DNA from: an uncultured Clostridia bacterium | Lineage (GTDB): Bacteria; Bacillota; Clostridia; Christensenellales; UBA1242 | Reading direction: 5' to 3' | Assembly: GCA_934747805.1 (NCBI GenBank) | Contig: CAKVHC010000001.1 | Location: forward strand, 22,286-86,285 | DNA length: 64,000 nucleotides | In this document: positions 1-8,080 of the stretch, piece after piece | Layout of the letters: each line of letters begins with the position of its first letter | Numbering within the stretch: position 1 is the stretch's first letter | The notes under the pieces: model-generated | The model's input: the letters and a program-made list of their open reading frames with translations, nothing else | Told to the model about the DNA's origin: nothing | The model's database searches: none | Program-made: the position numbers and the translations under genes

Positions 1-1
1 T

Positions 2-1876
2 TTTCCAACCGGTGGCATTCTAATGGGCAAGAGTGCAATCAACGAAGCCTATCGCACAGGTCGTGGCGGATATGTAATCCGTGCCAAGACGGAAATCGAA
101 GAATTTGACGACGGCAAGCGTTATCGCATTGTTGCCACCGAAATTCCTTATCAGGTTAACAAAGCACGTCTAATCACACAGATTGCTGACCTTGTGAAAG
201 ATAAACGTATTGAAGGCATTTCAAACATAAATGATGAGTCCGACCGTGAAGGCATGCGAATTGTGATTGAACTCAAGCGTGACGCCAACCCACAGGTTGT
301 ATTGAACACACTTTTCAAAATGAGCCAATTGCAGACCAGCAACGGCATTATAATGCTTGCGCTTGATGACGGTCAGCCAAAGGTTATGCCTATCACAGAT
401 ATTTTGCGTGCATATATTAAGTTCCAAGAACAAGTTATCGAAAGACGTACTCGTTTTGACCTTGAAAAAGCGGAAGAAAAGGCTCACATTCTCGAAGGTT
501 TAGTGATTGCCGTTCAGAACATTGATGACGTGGTGCACACCATCAAAATTAGTGCCGATCGCAACGATGCTATGAATCGTTTGATGAGCGAATTCAACCT
601 AAGTGATAAGCAAGCCAACGCCATTCTAGATATGCGTCTTAGCAAACTTACTGGTCTGGAAGTGGAAAAACTTACTGAAGAGCTCGACGAACTTGACAAG
701 CAAATTGCTGAGTTTAAAGACATTTTGTCTAGCGAAGGCAAGATTTTGCAAATTGTGCGCAAAGAAATCCTTGAAATCAAAGATAACTATGCTACCCCAC
801 GTAAAACGGAAATCAGCATTGACTATGACGACATCGACATTGGCGACTTGATTGAGAAGCACGAAGTCGTTATCTCTATGACCGCACAGGGCTATATCAA
901 GCGTATGCCATTGGGTGAATATCGCAGCCAAAATCGTGGTGGTCGTGGCGTTTCCAGTCATAAGACTAAAGAGGAAGATGCTGTAATTGATTTGTTCTCG
1001 TGCAACAGTCACGACAATTTGCTTTTCTTCACAAACAAAGGCAAAGTATATGATTTGAAAGCCTATCTCATTCCAGAAGCCAACAGACAGGCGAAAGGTA
1101 GAGCGATGGTTAACCTATTGCAACTCGAACCGGACGAAAAAGTCAGTGCCGTCATCCGACGTCCAGAAGGCGAAGGCTGTCTAGTAATGGCAACGTCATT
1201 CGGATACGTTAAGAAAACAAATCTTAGTGAATTTGACTCAATACGCAAAAATGGTAAACTCGCAGTCAAACTCAACGAAGGCGACTATCTCGTCAGCGTC
1301 AAACTTTCCACTGGCGACGACGACATTATGGTGGCAAGTGACAACGGCCGTTGCCTAAGATGTAATGAACGTGACATTAAAGAAGTGGGACGCAACAGTC
1401 AAGGTATTAAGTGCATTAAACTTGACGACGACGAACACATTATTGATATGATGGTTATCAAAGACGGCATGGACATTTTGACCGTGACCGAAAAAGCGTT
1501 TGCAAAGCGTACTGATGCCAGCGAATATCGCACACAAGCACGTGGCGGCAAGGGCATCAAGGCAGGCACATTCAATGCAAAGACCGGCTTGGCTGTGGCA
1601 ATTCGCCCAGTCGATGAAGACAAAGACGTGTTGCTCATCACCAATACTGGCGTGACGATTCGTGTTCACGCTGTGGATTGCAACAAAGTTGGACGTGGAG
1701 GACAGGGCGTTCGCATTATGCGACTTGGCGACGAAGGTAAGGTTGTGAGCGTTGCCGTGGTTGACCACGAAGAAGACGAACCTGCCGAAGCAGTTGAACA
1801 AATAGTTGATTCCAACCCAACAAATCCACAAGAAAATCACAATGCTGTGGATAATGTCGTAACAGATAATGAATAA
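2..1876 (+). CDS. gyrA: DNA gyrase subunit A, partial (5' end lies upstream of the window)
   Basis: The frame is open from nt 2 (FPTGGIL MGKSAINEAYRTGRG...). GyrA-type sequence runs throughout, with an acidic C-terminal tail and a stop at 1874-1876. Confidence 0.97.
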   Translation, partial: FPTGGILMGKSAINEAYRTGRGGYVIRAKTEIEEFDDGKRYRIVATEIPYQVNKARLITQIADLVKDKRIEGISNINDESDREGMRIVIELKRDANPQVVLNTLFKMSQLQTSNGIIMLALDDGQPKVMPITDILRAYIKFQEQVIERRTRFDLEKAEEKAHILEGLVIAVQNIDDVVHTIKISADRNDAMNRLMSEFNLSDKQANAILDMRLSKLTGLEVEKLTEELDELDKQIAEFKDILSSEGKILQIVRKEILEIKDNYATPRKTEISIDYDDIDIGDLIEKHEVVISMTAQGYIKRMPLGEYRSQNRGGRGVSSHKTKEEDAVIDLFSCNSHDNLLFFTNKGKVYDLKAYLIPEANRQAKGRAMVNLLQLEPDEKVSAVIRRPEGEGCLVMATSFGYVKKTNLSEFDSIRKNGKLAVKLNEGDYLVSVKLSTGDDDIMVASDNGRCLRCNERDIKEVGRNSQGIKCIKLDDDEHIIDMMVIKDGMDILTVTEKAFAKRTDASEYRTQARGGKGIKAGTFNAKTGLAVAIRPVDEDKDVLLITNTGVTIRVHAVDCNKVGRGGQGVRIMRLGDEGKVVSVAVVDHEEDEPAEAVEQIVDSNPTNPQENHNAVDNVVTDNE

Positions 1877-1884
1877 TTTTAAAA

Positions 1885-1914
1885 ACACTGTAACAAAAGT
1901 TGCAGTGTTTTTTG
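1885..1914 (+). terminator. Rho-independent terminator after gyrA
   Basis: ACACTGTAAC-AAAA-GTTGCAGTGT hairpin followed by a T run. Confidence 0.7.
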
Positions 1915-2061
1915 TGTGTATCACTATTTGATATACGTAGAATTTTTATCATTTAAATTGGCTATGGTAACCATAACGTATTTTTATATTTAAAACCTTA
2001 TTGTTCGGTTGGCTAATTCGCACTGATGTGGTATAATAATTATAGATATTTGGGGGTAAGG

Positions 2062-2574
2062 ATGAAAAAAGTTTGTTTCGTAATAAATGGTGTGGGCGGA
2101 TGCGGAAAAGACTCGCTTATCAGTCTTTTAACAGATAGATTCAAAGTGAAAAATGTGTCCAGCATCACTCCTATCAATGAACTGGCGAAAATGGCTGGTT
2201 GGGACGGAGTGAAAACGGACAAGGCGAGAAAATTTTTGTTTGACCTAAAAAAGCTTGTAACAGAATTTAACGACTACCCTACAAAATATATCTTAGACGA
2301 GTATAACGAATTTCTGACTAGCAACGAACAAGTAATGTTTATCCACATTCGTGAGAGTGAGAATATTGCACGCTTTGTGCACCTTACTGGCGGAAAGGTC
2401 AAGACCTTGCTTATCACTCCACGCAAAGAGCTAATTAACAAAGTATATGGCAACCATGCTGATGACGACGTTTACAAATACGATTACAATTACACATTTG
2501 CCAATGACAAACCTCTCGAACAAATTGCTCCGCTGTGGATTGAATTTGTTCAAAACATTTTAGACAAACAATAA
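2062..2574 (+). CDS. P-loop NTPase / nucleotide-kinase-like protein
   Basis: Walker A-like NGVGGCGKDS near the N terminus. The ATG at 2062 follows GGGGTAAGG. The longer ORF-track start at 2026 lacks an SD. Confidence 0.5.
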   Translation: MKKVCFVINGVGGCGKDSLISLLTDRFKVKNVSSITPINELAKMAGWDGVKTDKARKFLFDLKKLVTEFNDYPTKYILDEYNEFLTSNEQVMFIHIRESENIARFVHLTGGKVKTLLITPRKELINKVYGNHADDDVYKYDYNYTFANDKPLEQIAPLWIEFVQNILDKQ

Positions 2575-2609
2575 CTTCCAAATCTAATGAATAGCACAAA
2601 AAAAGAGAT

Positions 2610-3203
2610 TTATCTCTCTTTTTTATTTTTCTTTGACTTTTTGTCGATTTCATCAAGGCGTTTTAACTCAATTTTCTTCTGCTGCTCGTCAGTTAATGAT
2701 TGAGCAATTTCTTTATTTTTGTCGGCACGTTTTGTTTCGTTGTGATACAACTCCTGACTTATCTGCAGCTCGCTGTCGTGGTGACAACGTGGACAAGTGT
2801 ATTTTCCATAATACTTATCTTCTCCAAAGAACATTCCATTCGATGCCATTAGGTCTTGCTTTCCACGTTCAACGTATACGAGCAACTCTTTTTCGCAATA
2901 TGGACACAATATTGGGTCGTCAATGCACTGGTTTTCCATTTGCGGACGAGTGGCAATTTCACTGGCACGACGTGTAATTCTGCCAATGAAAAATAGATAA
3001 ACCAAATCCACACCCATTAAACAAAAACCTGTGGTAGTTAAAGCCCCAAGCGATAACCTATTGCCCAATATGTAAAACACCAGTGCCACGCACATGAAAA
3101 CGCCAGCAATCCACAAGTTGTTTTGCACGTTCATAAAGAATTTGTTTATTTTGTGTTTAGCCCTAAGCGACTTAATTATCTTATTTTTTTCCTTATTGAA
3201 CAT
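2610..3203 (-). CDS. Hypothetical membrane protein with a CxxC...CxxC zinc-ribbon and a Lys/Glu-rich tail
   Basis: Two hydrophobic helices (WIAGVFMCVALVFYILG, GFCLMGVDLVYLFFIG), then CPYC...CPRC. No family recognised. Confidence 0.5.
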   Translation of the reverse strand: MFNKEKNKIIKSLRAKHKINKFFMNVQNNLWIAGVFMCVALVFYILGNRLSLGALTTTGFCLMGVDLVYLFFIGRITRRASEIATRPQMENQCIDDPILCPYCEKELLVYVERGKQDLMASNGMFFGEDKYYGKYTCPRCHHDSELQISQELYHNETKRADKNKEIAQSLTDEQQKKIELKRLDEIDKKSKKNKKER

Positions 3204-3422
3204 TTTTTACTCCATGTATAAATTAACTAAAATATATCATTTTTTACCCGATTAGTCAATTATTTGTTTGTTTGTTGAAAATTTAGATTTTTGTTTTTGG
3301 GAGAATATTTGTTTATTTGGCACGAAAATTTTTGAAAAACGTTATTTTTTACGCAAAATTTTAGTATTTTCGCAGCATTTGTGTGTAAAGATTGCAAAGT
3401 TTCAAAAAATTGGCATTTTTAA

Positions 3423-3451
3423 TTGATAAAAATATTTTTTAGCCCTATAAT
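3423..3451 (+). promoter_or_regulatory. Sigma-A-type promoter of deoD (TTGATA-17 nt-TATAAT)
   Basis: TTGATA at 3423-3428, a 17-nt spacer, TATAAT at 3446-3451. The ATG of deoD starts 7 nt after the -10 box. Confidence 0.55.
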
Positions 3452-3457
3452 TTAGAT

Positions 3458-4171
3458 ATGGAAAAAATTATTGCAACGCCACATATTGTGACAAAAGAAA
3501 ATGCATTTAGTAAAAATGTAATCATTGCTGGTGACCCGCTTAGATGCCAACACATTGCCAAGACTTTCTTGCGAGATGCGGTGCAGATCAACTCTGTAAG
3601 GGGAATGACTGCGTACACTGGAAAATATCGCGGCATGAAAGTAAGCGTGATGCCACATGGGATGGGAATGCCGTCGATGGCGATTTATGTGACCGAATTG
3701 TTCACCAGATTCGGCGTTGAGAATATTATCCGTGTTGGAACGTGCGGTGCCATCAATAAGGCGCTCGAGCTCAAAGATATGCTTGTGGCGAAAGAGGCTC
3801 TGACCAACTCGAATATTCTGTCCAACCTCAACGCAACCAACACAAACTGCTCGAAGTCGATGTGGCAAACTGCAATCAAACATAAAGAGCTCACGCAAGG
3901 CACACTCTTTACAAGTGACCTATTTTACGAACCCAACAAAAGTTATGCTCGCCAATTGAAATCTCAATGCGACGCTGTGGAAATGGAAACTGCCGTGTTA
4001 TATGCCATTGCAAACAAACTAAAGAAGAACGCTCTTTCTATTTGCACAGTGACCGATTTTGTTAATGGAAAGAAGGGCGAACTCACCGCAGAAGAGCGCC
4101 AGCTAGGTGTGGACAAAACAATAAAACTTGCTTTGGATATTTTGGTTGAACACGCAAAGAGTAAAAAGTAA
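3458..4171 (+). CDS. deoD: Purine nucleoside phosphorylase, DeoD type
   Basis: ATPHI...AGDPLR...VRGM..YTG.Y.G..VSVM.HGMGMPS...RVGTCGA...EMETA, collinear with E. coli DeoD as I recall it. Confidence 0.9.
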   Translation: MEKIIATPHIVTKENAFSKNVIIAGDPLRCQHIAKTFLRDAVQINSVRGMTAYTGKYRGMKVSVMPHGMGMPSMAIYVTELFTRFGVENIIRVGTCGAINKALELKDMLVAKEALTNSNILSNLNATNTNCSKSMWQTAIKHKELTQGTLFTSDLFYEPNKSYARQLKSQCDAVEMETAVLYAIANKLKKNALSICTVTDFVNGKKGELTAEERQLGVDKTIKLALDILVEHAKSKK

Positions 4172-4209
4172 ATAAAATTTCAAAAAAATATAACAAAGGG
4201 GAAAAAATT

Positions 4210-4788
4210 ATGGAAATTGAAAAAGAAGTACGTTATTTAGTTGACGAAAATTGTTGGAACAAAATTTTAAACGGTACGACCGAATACAAGCCAAAGGAAC
4301 ATATGATAGATATTACGCTTGGCAAATATGGTTTTGATTCGTTCGCAAAGACGGGGCGCGTGTTTAGAGTTAGACAAAAAGGTCAGCGTATTAGTCTGGA
4401 AATAAAGAAACGCGTTGACAACTCGCAATGGCTGGAAGAGTCCATCCCTTTAGAGTCGGTGGAGAAAGGCTTGTCGTACTTACACCTTGCGGGACTTGAC
4501 CCATATCTGTATATCGACCGATACAGAGAAGTGAAGAAATATAAAGGGCTTAAAATTTTCTTCGACAATGTAGATATGCTCGGCAGATTTATAGAGATTG
4601 AATATCAAGATTGCGCAAATGGTTTGAGCGAATTGAATGAATTTGTTTCGCAGTTCGATATCAAAGGCGAGCCACAAGAATTGTATGGCGACATCATCAT
4701 TCACAAATATAAAACCAACCCAGAATTTAGAGCGAAGTTTGATATCCGAATGAGTGAATTAATGTCAAATGCCACTAGACAGAAGTAA
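4210..4788 (+). CDS. CYTH-domain protein (class IV adenylate cyclase / triphosphatase fold)
   Basis: N-terminal EIEKEVRY (ExExK), FRVRQKG, LEIKKR, FFDNVDMLGRFIEIEY motifs. SD GGGGAAAA lies upstream. Confidence 0.75.
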   Translation: MEIEKEVRYLVDENCWNKILNGTTEYKPKEHMIDITLGKYGFDSFAKTGRVFRVRQKGQRISLEIKKRVDNSQWLEESIPLESVEKGLSYLHLAGLDPYLYIDRYREVKKYKGLKIFFDNVDMLGRFIEIEYQDCANGLSELNEFVSQFDIKGEPQELYGDIIIHKYKTNPEFRAKFDIRMSELMSNATRQK

Positions 4789-4863
4789 AAAAAATAAGCG
4801 AATCGCTTATTTTTTTGTTTTTTTTAAGTTGAGATTCGAATCTTTTTATGATATATTTTTTGT

Positions 4864-5706
4864 ATGGAAAAACTTTTGCTTGTTGACGGCTCTGCCCTTT
4901 TGTTTCAATCTTTTTATGGCATGCCAAACAAAATCAAAACTAATAACGGCGAATATGTTGAAGCCGTAATTTGTTTCGTTGGGATTTTGCGTAAAGTCAT
5001 CGACCTGCTGAAGCCTGACTATGCGTGCGTAATTTTTGACGGTGAGAATGAGCTTGCTCGCAAATCAATCGACGACGATTACAAATCTAATCGAATAGAT
5101 TTCTCAAATGTCGAAGACATGAATAATCCATTCGCACAATTGGACAAAATAAAGGAAGTATTAAATTTATTTAACATTTACAATTTTGAGACCAGCGATT
5201 GCGAAGCGGATGATTATATCGCAGGAATCGTGAAAGAATGCGATGGACAATTACACACCATAATTTTTTCACCAGATAAAGATTTTTACCAACTAGTTTC
5301 TGACACGACCAACGTCTTTCATTATAGGGGCAAAAAGAGTGAGTTAATTGATGTCAACTCTTTCAAAAATAAGTACGGTTTCGAATCAAAATTCTTCGCA
5401 GACTACCTATCTCTCATCGGTGACAAAGCTGACAATATTTCTGGCGTTAAAGGAATTGGCAAAATTACAGCTACAAATATTGTAAAAAAATATTCAACCT
5501 TAAATAATTTATTTTTAAATATAGATAATGTACAAAATATTAAATTAAAAGAATTAATAGCGAATAATAAAGAAAAAATATTGAAAAATTATAAAATTAT
5601 TAATTTATTTAACGTAAAACCGCAAAAAATTGATAAAAATATATTAAATTTTAATATTTGCAAAATTTCTGTTTTAAATTATTTTAATAATAAAATAAAT
5701 AATTAA
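4864..5706 (+). CDS. 5'-3' exonuclease (FEN / Pol I N-terminal-domain-like)
   Basis: LLLVDGSALLFQSFY, DPDKDFYQLV, GDKADNISGVKGIGKITA (H3TH) motifs. Confidence 0.85.
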   Translation: MEKLLLVDGSALLFQSFYGMPNKIKTNNGEYVEAVICFVGILRKVIDLLKPDYACVIFDGENELARKSIDDDYKSNRIDFSNVEDMNNPFAQLDKIKEVLNLFNIYNFETSDCEADDYIAGIVKECDGQLHTIIFSPDKDFYQLVSDTTNVFHYRGKKSELIDVNSFKNKYGFESKFFADYLSLIGDKADNISGVKGIGKITATNIVKKYSTLNNLFLNIDNVQNIKLKELIANNKEKILKNYKIINLFNVKPQKIDKNILNFNICKISVLNYFNNKINN

Positions 5707-5861
5707 TTAAATATTCAATTAATTATTAAATGCAGGATATTTAATTTAATAAATATTTTGTTTGCAAATTTCTCTTTCATTTATTTCTTAGTACATTTTT
5801 TACACACTCGGCCAAGTTTTTTAAACTCTGCCCCATTAGTCCAATCAGCATAAAAACTCGC

Positions 5862-5890
5862 TTGTAATTTTTCATACGCCGTGCTATAAT
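5862..5890 (+). promoter_or_regulatory. Strong extended -10 promoter reading toward the split tRNA and the element-borne tRNA
   Basis: TTGTAA at 5862-5867, a 17-nt spacer, TGcTATAAT at 5882-5890. Confidence 0.5.
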
Positions 5891-6054
5891 ATCTATGTGC
5901 ACAATTAACTTAAAGGTGCTATCAAGCCAATAAGCTAAAATGTGCCATGCAACCACTTTCACAGCATGTGTTTATGCAACATTGATAGCCAATCTCATAC
6001 TCATCCTTGGCATAACAACTCAGATTGCTTGCACACACTCAACCAATCAAAGAT

Positions 6055-6093
6055 GACCTCATAGTAAAAGGAATATTACAAAATCCTCCTAAG
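6055..6093 (+). pseudogene. 5' half of a disrupted tRNA-Arg(CCT) gene (acceptor 5' strand, D arm, anticodon stem 5' strand and loop)
   Basis: GACCTCA-TA-GTAA-AAGGAATA-TTAC-A-AAATC-CTCCTAA-G. It pairs perfectly with the 3' half at 23373-23415. Confidence 0.8.
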
Positions 6094-6219
6094 TATCGAC
6101 TTGGACAAATTGAAAATCGCTAAACACCCCTAAAACGCTGACAATTTGCGACCCCTCAAAACATTCTCAAAACCAAAGTTCACCAAAAGTTCACCCAACA
6201 TTAAAAAAACCACCTATAT

Positions 6220-6296
<77 letters not shown>

Positions 6297-6310
6297 ATTT
6301 TAAAACAAAA

Positions 6311-6342
6311 AAAGGCATCCCTGTTACTGAGATGCCTTTTTT
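6311..6342. terminator. Bidirectional terminator shared by the tRNA (+) and the RT gene (-)
   Basis: AAAGGCATC-11 nt-GATGCCTTT flanked by A and T runs. The RT stop codon lies in the loop. Confidence 0.7.
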
Positions 6343-7493
6343 GAGAATTTGTTTGCAAATTCTTTAAGGGTATTAAATTTATAAGCATTGTAAATTTGTT
6401 CTTTTAATTTGGATGATCGAAATCTTCTGTTGTTTGGCGAAATACTTAAAATAAAATTCTTTTTATTTTTGTTTACATAATCAATGATTTGCTTCCTCTT
6501 GTCTTTAGTTTGAGGTTCAATATAATTAATTGTTTGTAAGATTCCATTTAGTTTAATAAACTCTTTCCATGAATTGAAATATGTATTACGATCAGATATT
6601 TTGCTTGATATTAAATACATATAAGACCTGGTCATTTTGTTATAAATTTTAGTAGATGCTCTTACCTTGTAACGTTTAACCCACACACCTGTTATTGTAG
6701 GAGCAAATTTATCAATAGTAATATTAAATTTTTTACATTTGTCTTTTTTGGATATGTGCCCATATTCCTCTAGAATTTTTATTACATCATTTATTACTTG
6801 ATCTTTATTAAAATCTTCTTTACTTGAAAAAGTCAAATCGTCAACATATGTTGAAAAAGTCAAATTATTTTCTTTTGCATATAAGTTTATTTTATCAAAC
6901 ATATATTTATATGAAAAAAAACATATTAGCGGACTAGTAGGAAATCCCTGTGGGATTTCTCTAATTTTTGTTTTATATGACTTAGGCCTTGTTACAAGTT
7001 TAGCCATTTTATCTGCAAGATCTGGGGCCATCTTTAAGCCTCCGTCTTTTATAAAAAAGTTTTGCACCTTTTCAAATTTACAGTTTGGAAAGAAACTTTT
7101 GATATCCATTAAAACAAAATTAGTATTACCATAATGGCATTTTGCATTTTTAAAAAATCCTTGTTCTGTTCTACTATATAAATATTTAGGTTGAGGTAAT
7201 TCGTTCAAAAATCTATAAAGCTTCTTAAGTGCCTTTTTCCTTTTTGGGCATGCATCATTAAATTTTCTGTAATTTTTAGTAGAATAATTTTTAGGTTTAT
7301 GCTTAAATTTTTGTTTTGTTTGCTTTGATTGATAAAATTCTATATCAAGTTTATCTAATTCTTTTTCTATATTATTAAGATCATGACGAGTTATAATATT
7401 ATCTTTATCACTTAATAGTTGTGCTACAAATTTCTTACTACCACGATTGTATAATATACTCTTATTATTGCTCTTTAGTTTCTTATATTTCAT
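6324..7493 (-). CDS. Retron-type reverse transcriptase (389 aa)
   Basis: NAKCHYGNTNFVLMDIKSFFPN (NAxxH plus motif A), IPQGFPTSPL (motif B), YVDDLTFS (YxDD), PTITGVWV (retron VTG-like motif). These are collinear with Ec86 RT motifs as I recall them. SD GAGGAG is present. Confidence 0.85.
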   Translation of the reverse strand: MKYKKLKSNNKSILYNRGSKKFVAQLLSDKDNIITRHDLNNIEKELDKLDIEFYQSKQTKQKFKHKPKNYSTKNYRKFNDACPKRKKALKKLYRFLNELPQPKYLYSRTEQGFFKNAKCHYGNTNFVLMDIKSFFPNCKFEKVQNFFIKDGGLKMAPDLADKMAKLVTRPKSYKTKIREIPQGFPTSPLICFFSYKYMFDKINLYAKENNLTFSTYVDDLTFSSKEDFNKDQVINDVIKILEEYGHISKKDKCKKFNITIDKFAPTITGVWVKRYKVRASTKIYNKMTRSYMYLISSKISDRNTYFNSWKEFIKLNGILQTINYIEPQTKDKRKQIIDYVNKNKKNFILSISPNNRRFRSSKLKEQIYNAYKFNTLKEFANKFSKKASQ

Positions 7494-7539
7494 AAAACTC
7501 CTCTAAAAGTAAAAACGCCAAATGTACTTCAACGATTAA

Positions 7540-7740
7540 TTAGTGATAATAGCCGAAATTCTTATGAAGGATTATCCCTAAATTAAAATTAGAATAAATT
7601 TCATTGATACCTTTAACTATAAAAATAATTGAAATTAACTCCAATGTATTAAGATGCAAAACCTTAATCAAAATAGGGAGCACAAAGATAAAAGTTAAAA
7701 AAATAAAGTTTTTTATGATTTTCTTTTTCTTTTTCTTCAT
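7540..7740 (-). CDS. 66-aa poly-Lys plus hydrophobic-helix membrane peptide between the structured leader and the RT gene
   Basis: AGGAGG SD lies 8 nt before the ATG at 7740. The sequence is MKKKKKKIIKNFIFLTFIFVLPILIKVL..., with a second short hydrophobic stretch LELISIIFIV. Confidence 0.5.
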   Translation of the reverse strand: MKKKKKKIIKNFIFLTFIFVLPILIKVLHLNTLELISIIFIVKGINEIYSNFNLGIILHKNFGYYH

Positions 7741-7760
7741 AGGCATCACCTCCTTTTAGT

Positions 7761-8040
7761 ATCTTAAATTTGAAATATCTAAAAAAAGGGACAACCACGA
7801 CAATCGGAACCTAAATTAACCTAGTTACATTTGGCTCTTTACTTGAGTGCATGGCATGAGTGTTTGTAGACAATGGAGAGGGCTTGCCCCTCGGAATGTC
7901 ACAAACACGCCATGAACGAACTTGGTCATCTTAAGCCAAAGTCTTGAGATGCCATTTGACCCATAAAAATGGACTACACGGATTTTCACCGTAATAATAT
8001 TGATGAGGTACTATTATCCATACCAATTTCAATATAAGAT
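7761..8040 (-). ncRNA. Candidate retron msr/msd-type (or DRT-type) structured non-coding RNA
   Basis: This ~280-nt ORF-free leader lies downstream of a consensus promoter. It has a 65-nt extended hairpin at 7850-7914, several short stem-loops, and terminal inverted repeats at 8040-8026 and 7776-7761. Confidence 0.45.
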
Positions 8041-8041
8041 A

Positions 8042-8070
8042 TATATAACATAATTTTCACCAAAAGTCAA
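8042..8070 (-). promoter_or_regulatory. Promoter of the ncRNA-peptide-RT operon
   Basis: On the minus strand: TTGACT (8070-8065), a 17-nt spacer, TGtTATATA (8050-8042). Confidence 0.55.
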
Positions 8071-8080
8071 GTTTATAGAA

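Noticed and set aside
151-1952. Multiple antisense or out-of-frame ORFs (60-190 aa) lie inside gyrA. The same occurs inside the giant gene (24857-31415), clpB, ileS, recA/recN, prfB, tsaD and deoB.
   Set aside because: These are shadow ORFs fully contained in strongly supported genes. They have low-complexity or Ser/Leu/Cys-rich translations with no SD and no recognisable domains.
5480-5775. This very AT-rich block was considered as an insertion, MITE or CRISPR-like array disrupting the 5'-3' exonuclease gene.
   Set aside because: Up to 5706 the translation (GVKGIGKITATNIVKKYSTLNNLFLNIDNVQNIKLKELIANNKEKILKNYKI...) is collinear with the normal H3TH/C-terminal region of FEN-type exonucleases. 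No regular repeat-spacer periodicity is present.
5777-5962. A 61-aa minus-strand ORF lies upstream of the tRNA region.
   Set aside because: It has no SD. It overlaps a strong plus-strand promoter (5862-5890), and its translation has no recognisable features.
6085-6093. The CCTCCTAAG 9-mer shared with the intact tRNA anticodon loop (6251-6259) was first dismissed as chance or as a minus-strand SD (AGGAGG).
   Set aside because: The minus-strand SD reading is rejected because no start codon lies at a suitable distance. The chance explanation was overturned by the perfect cloverleaf complementarity with 23373-23415 (see findings).
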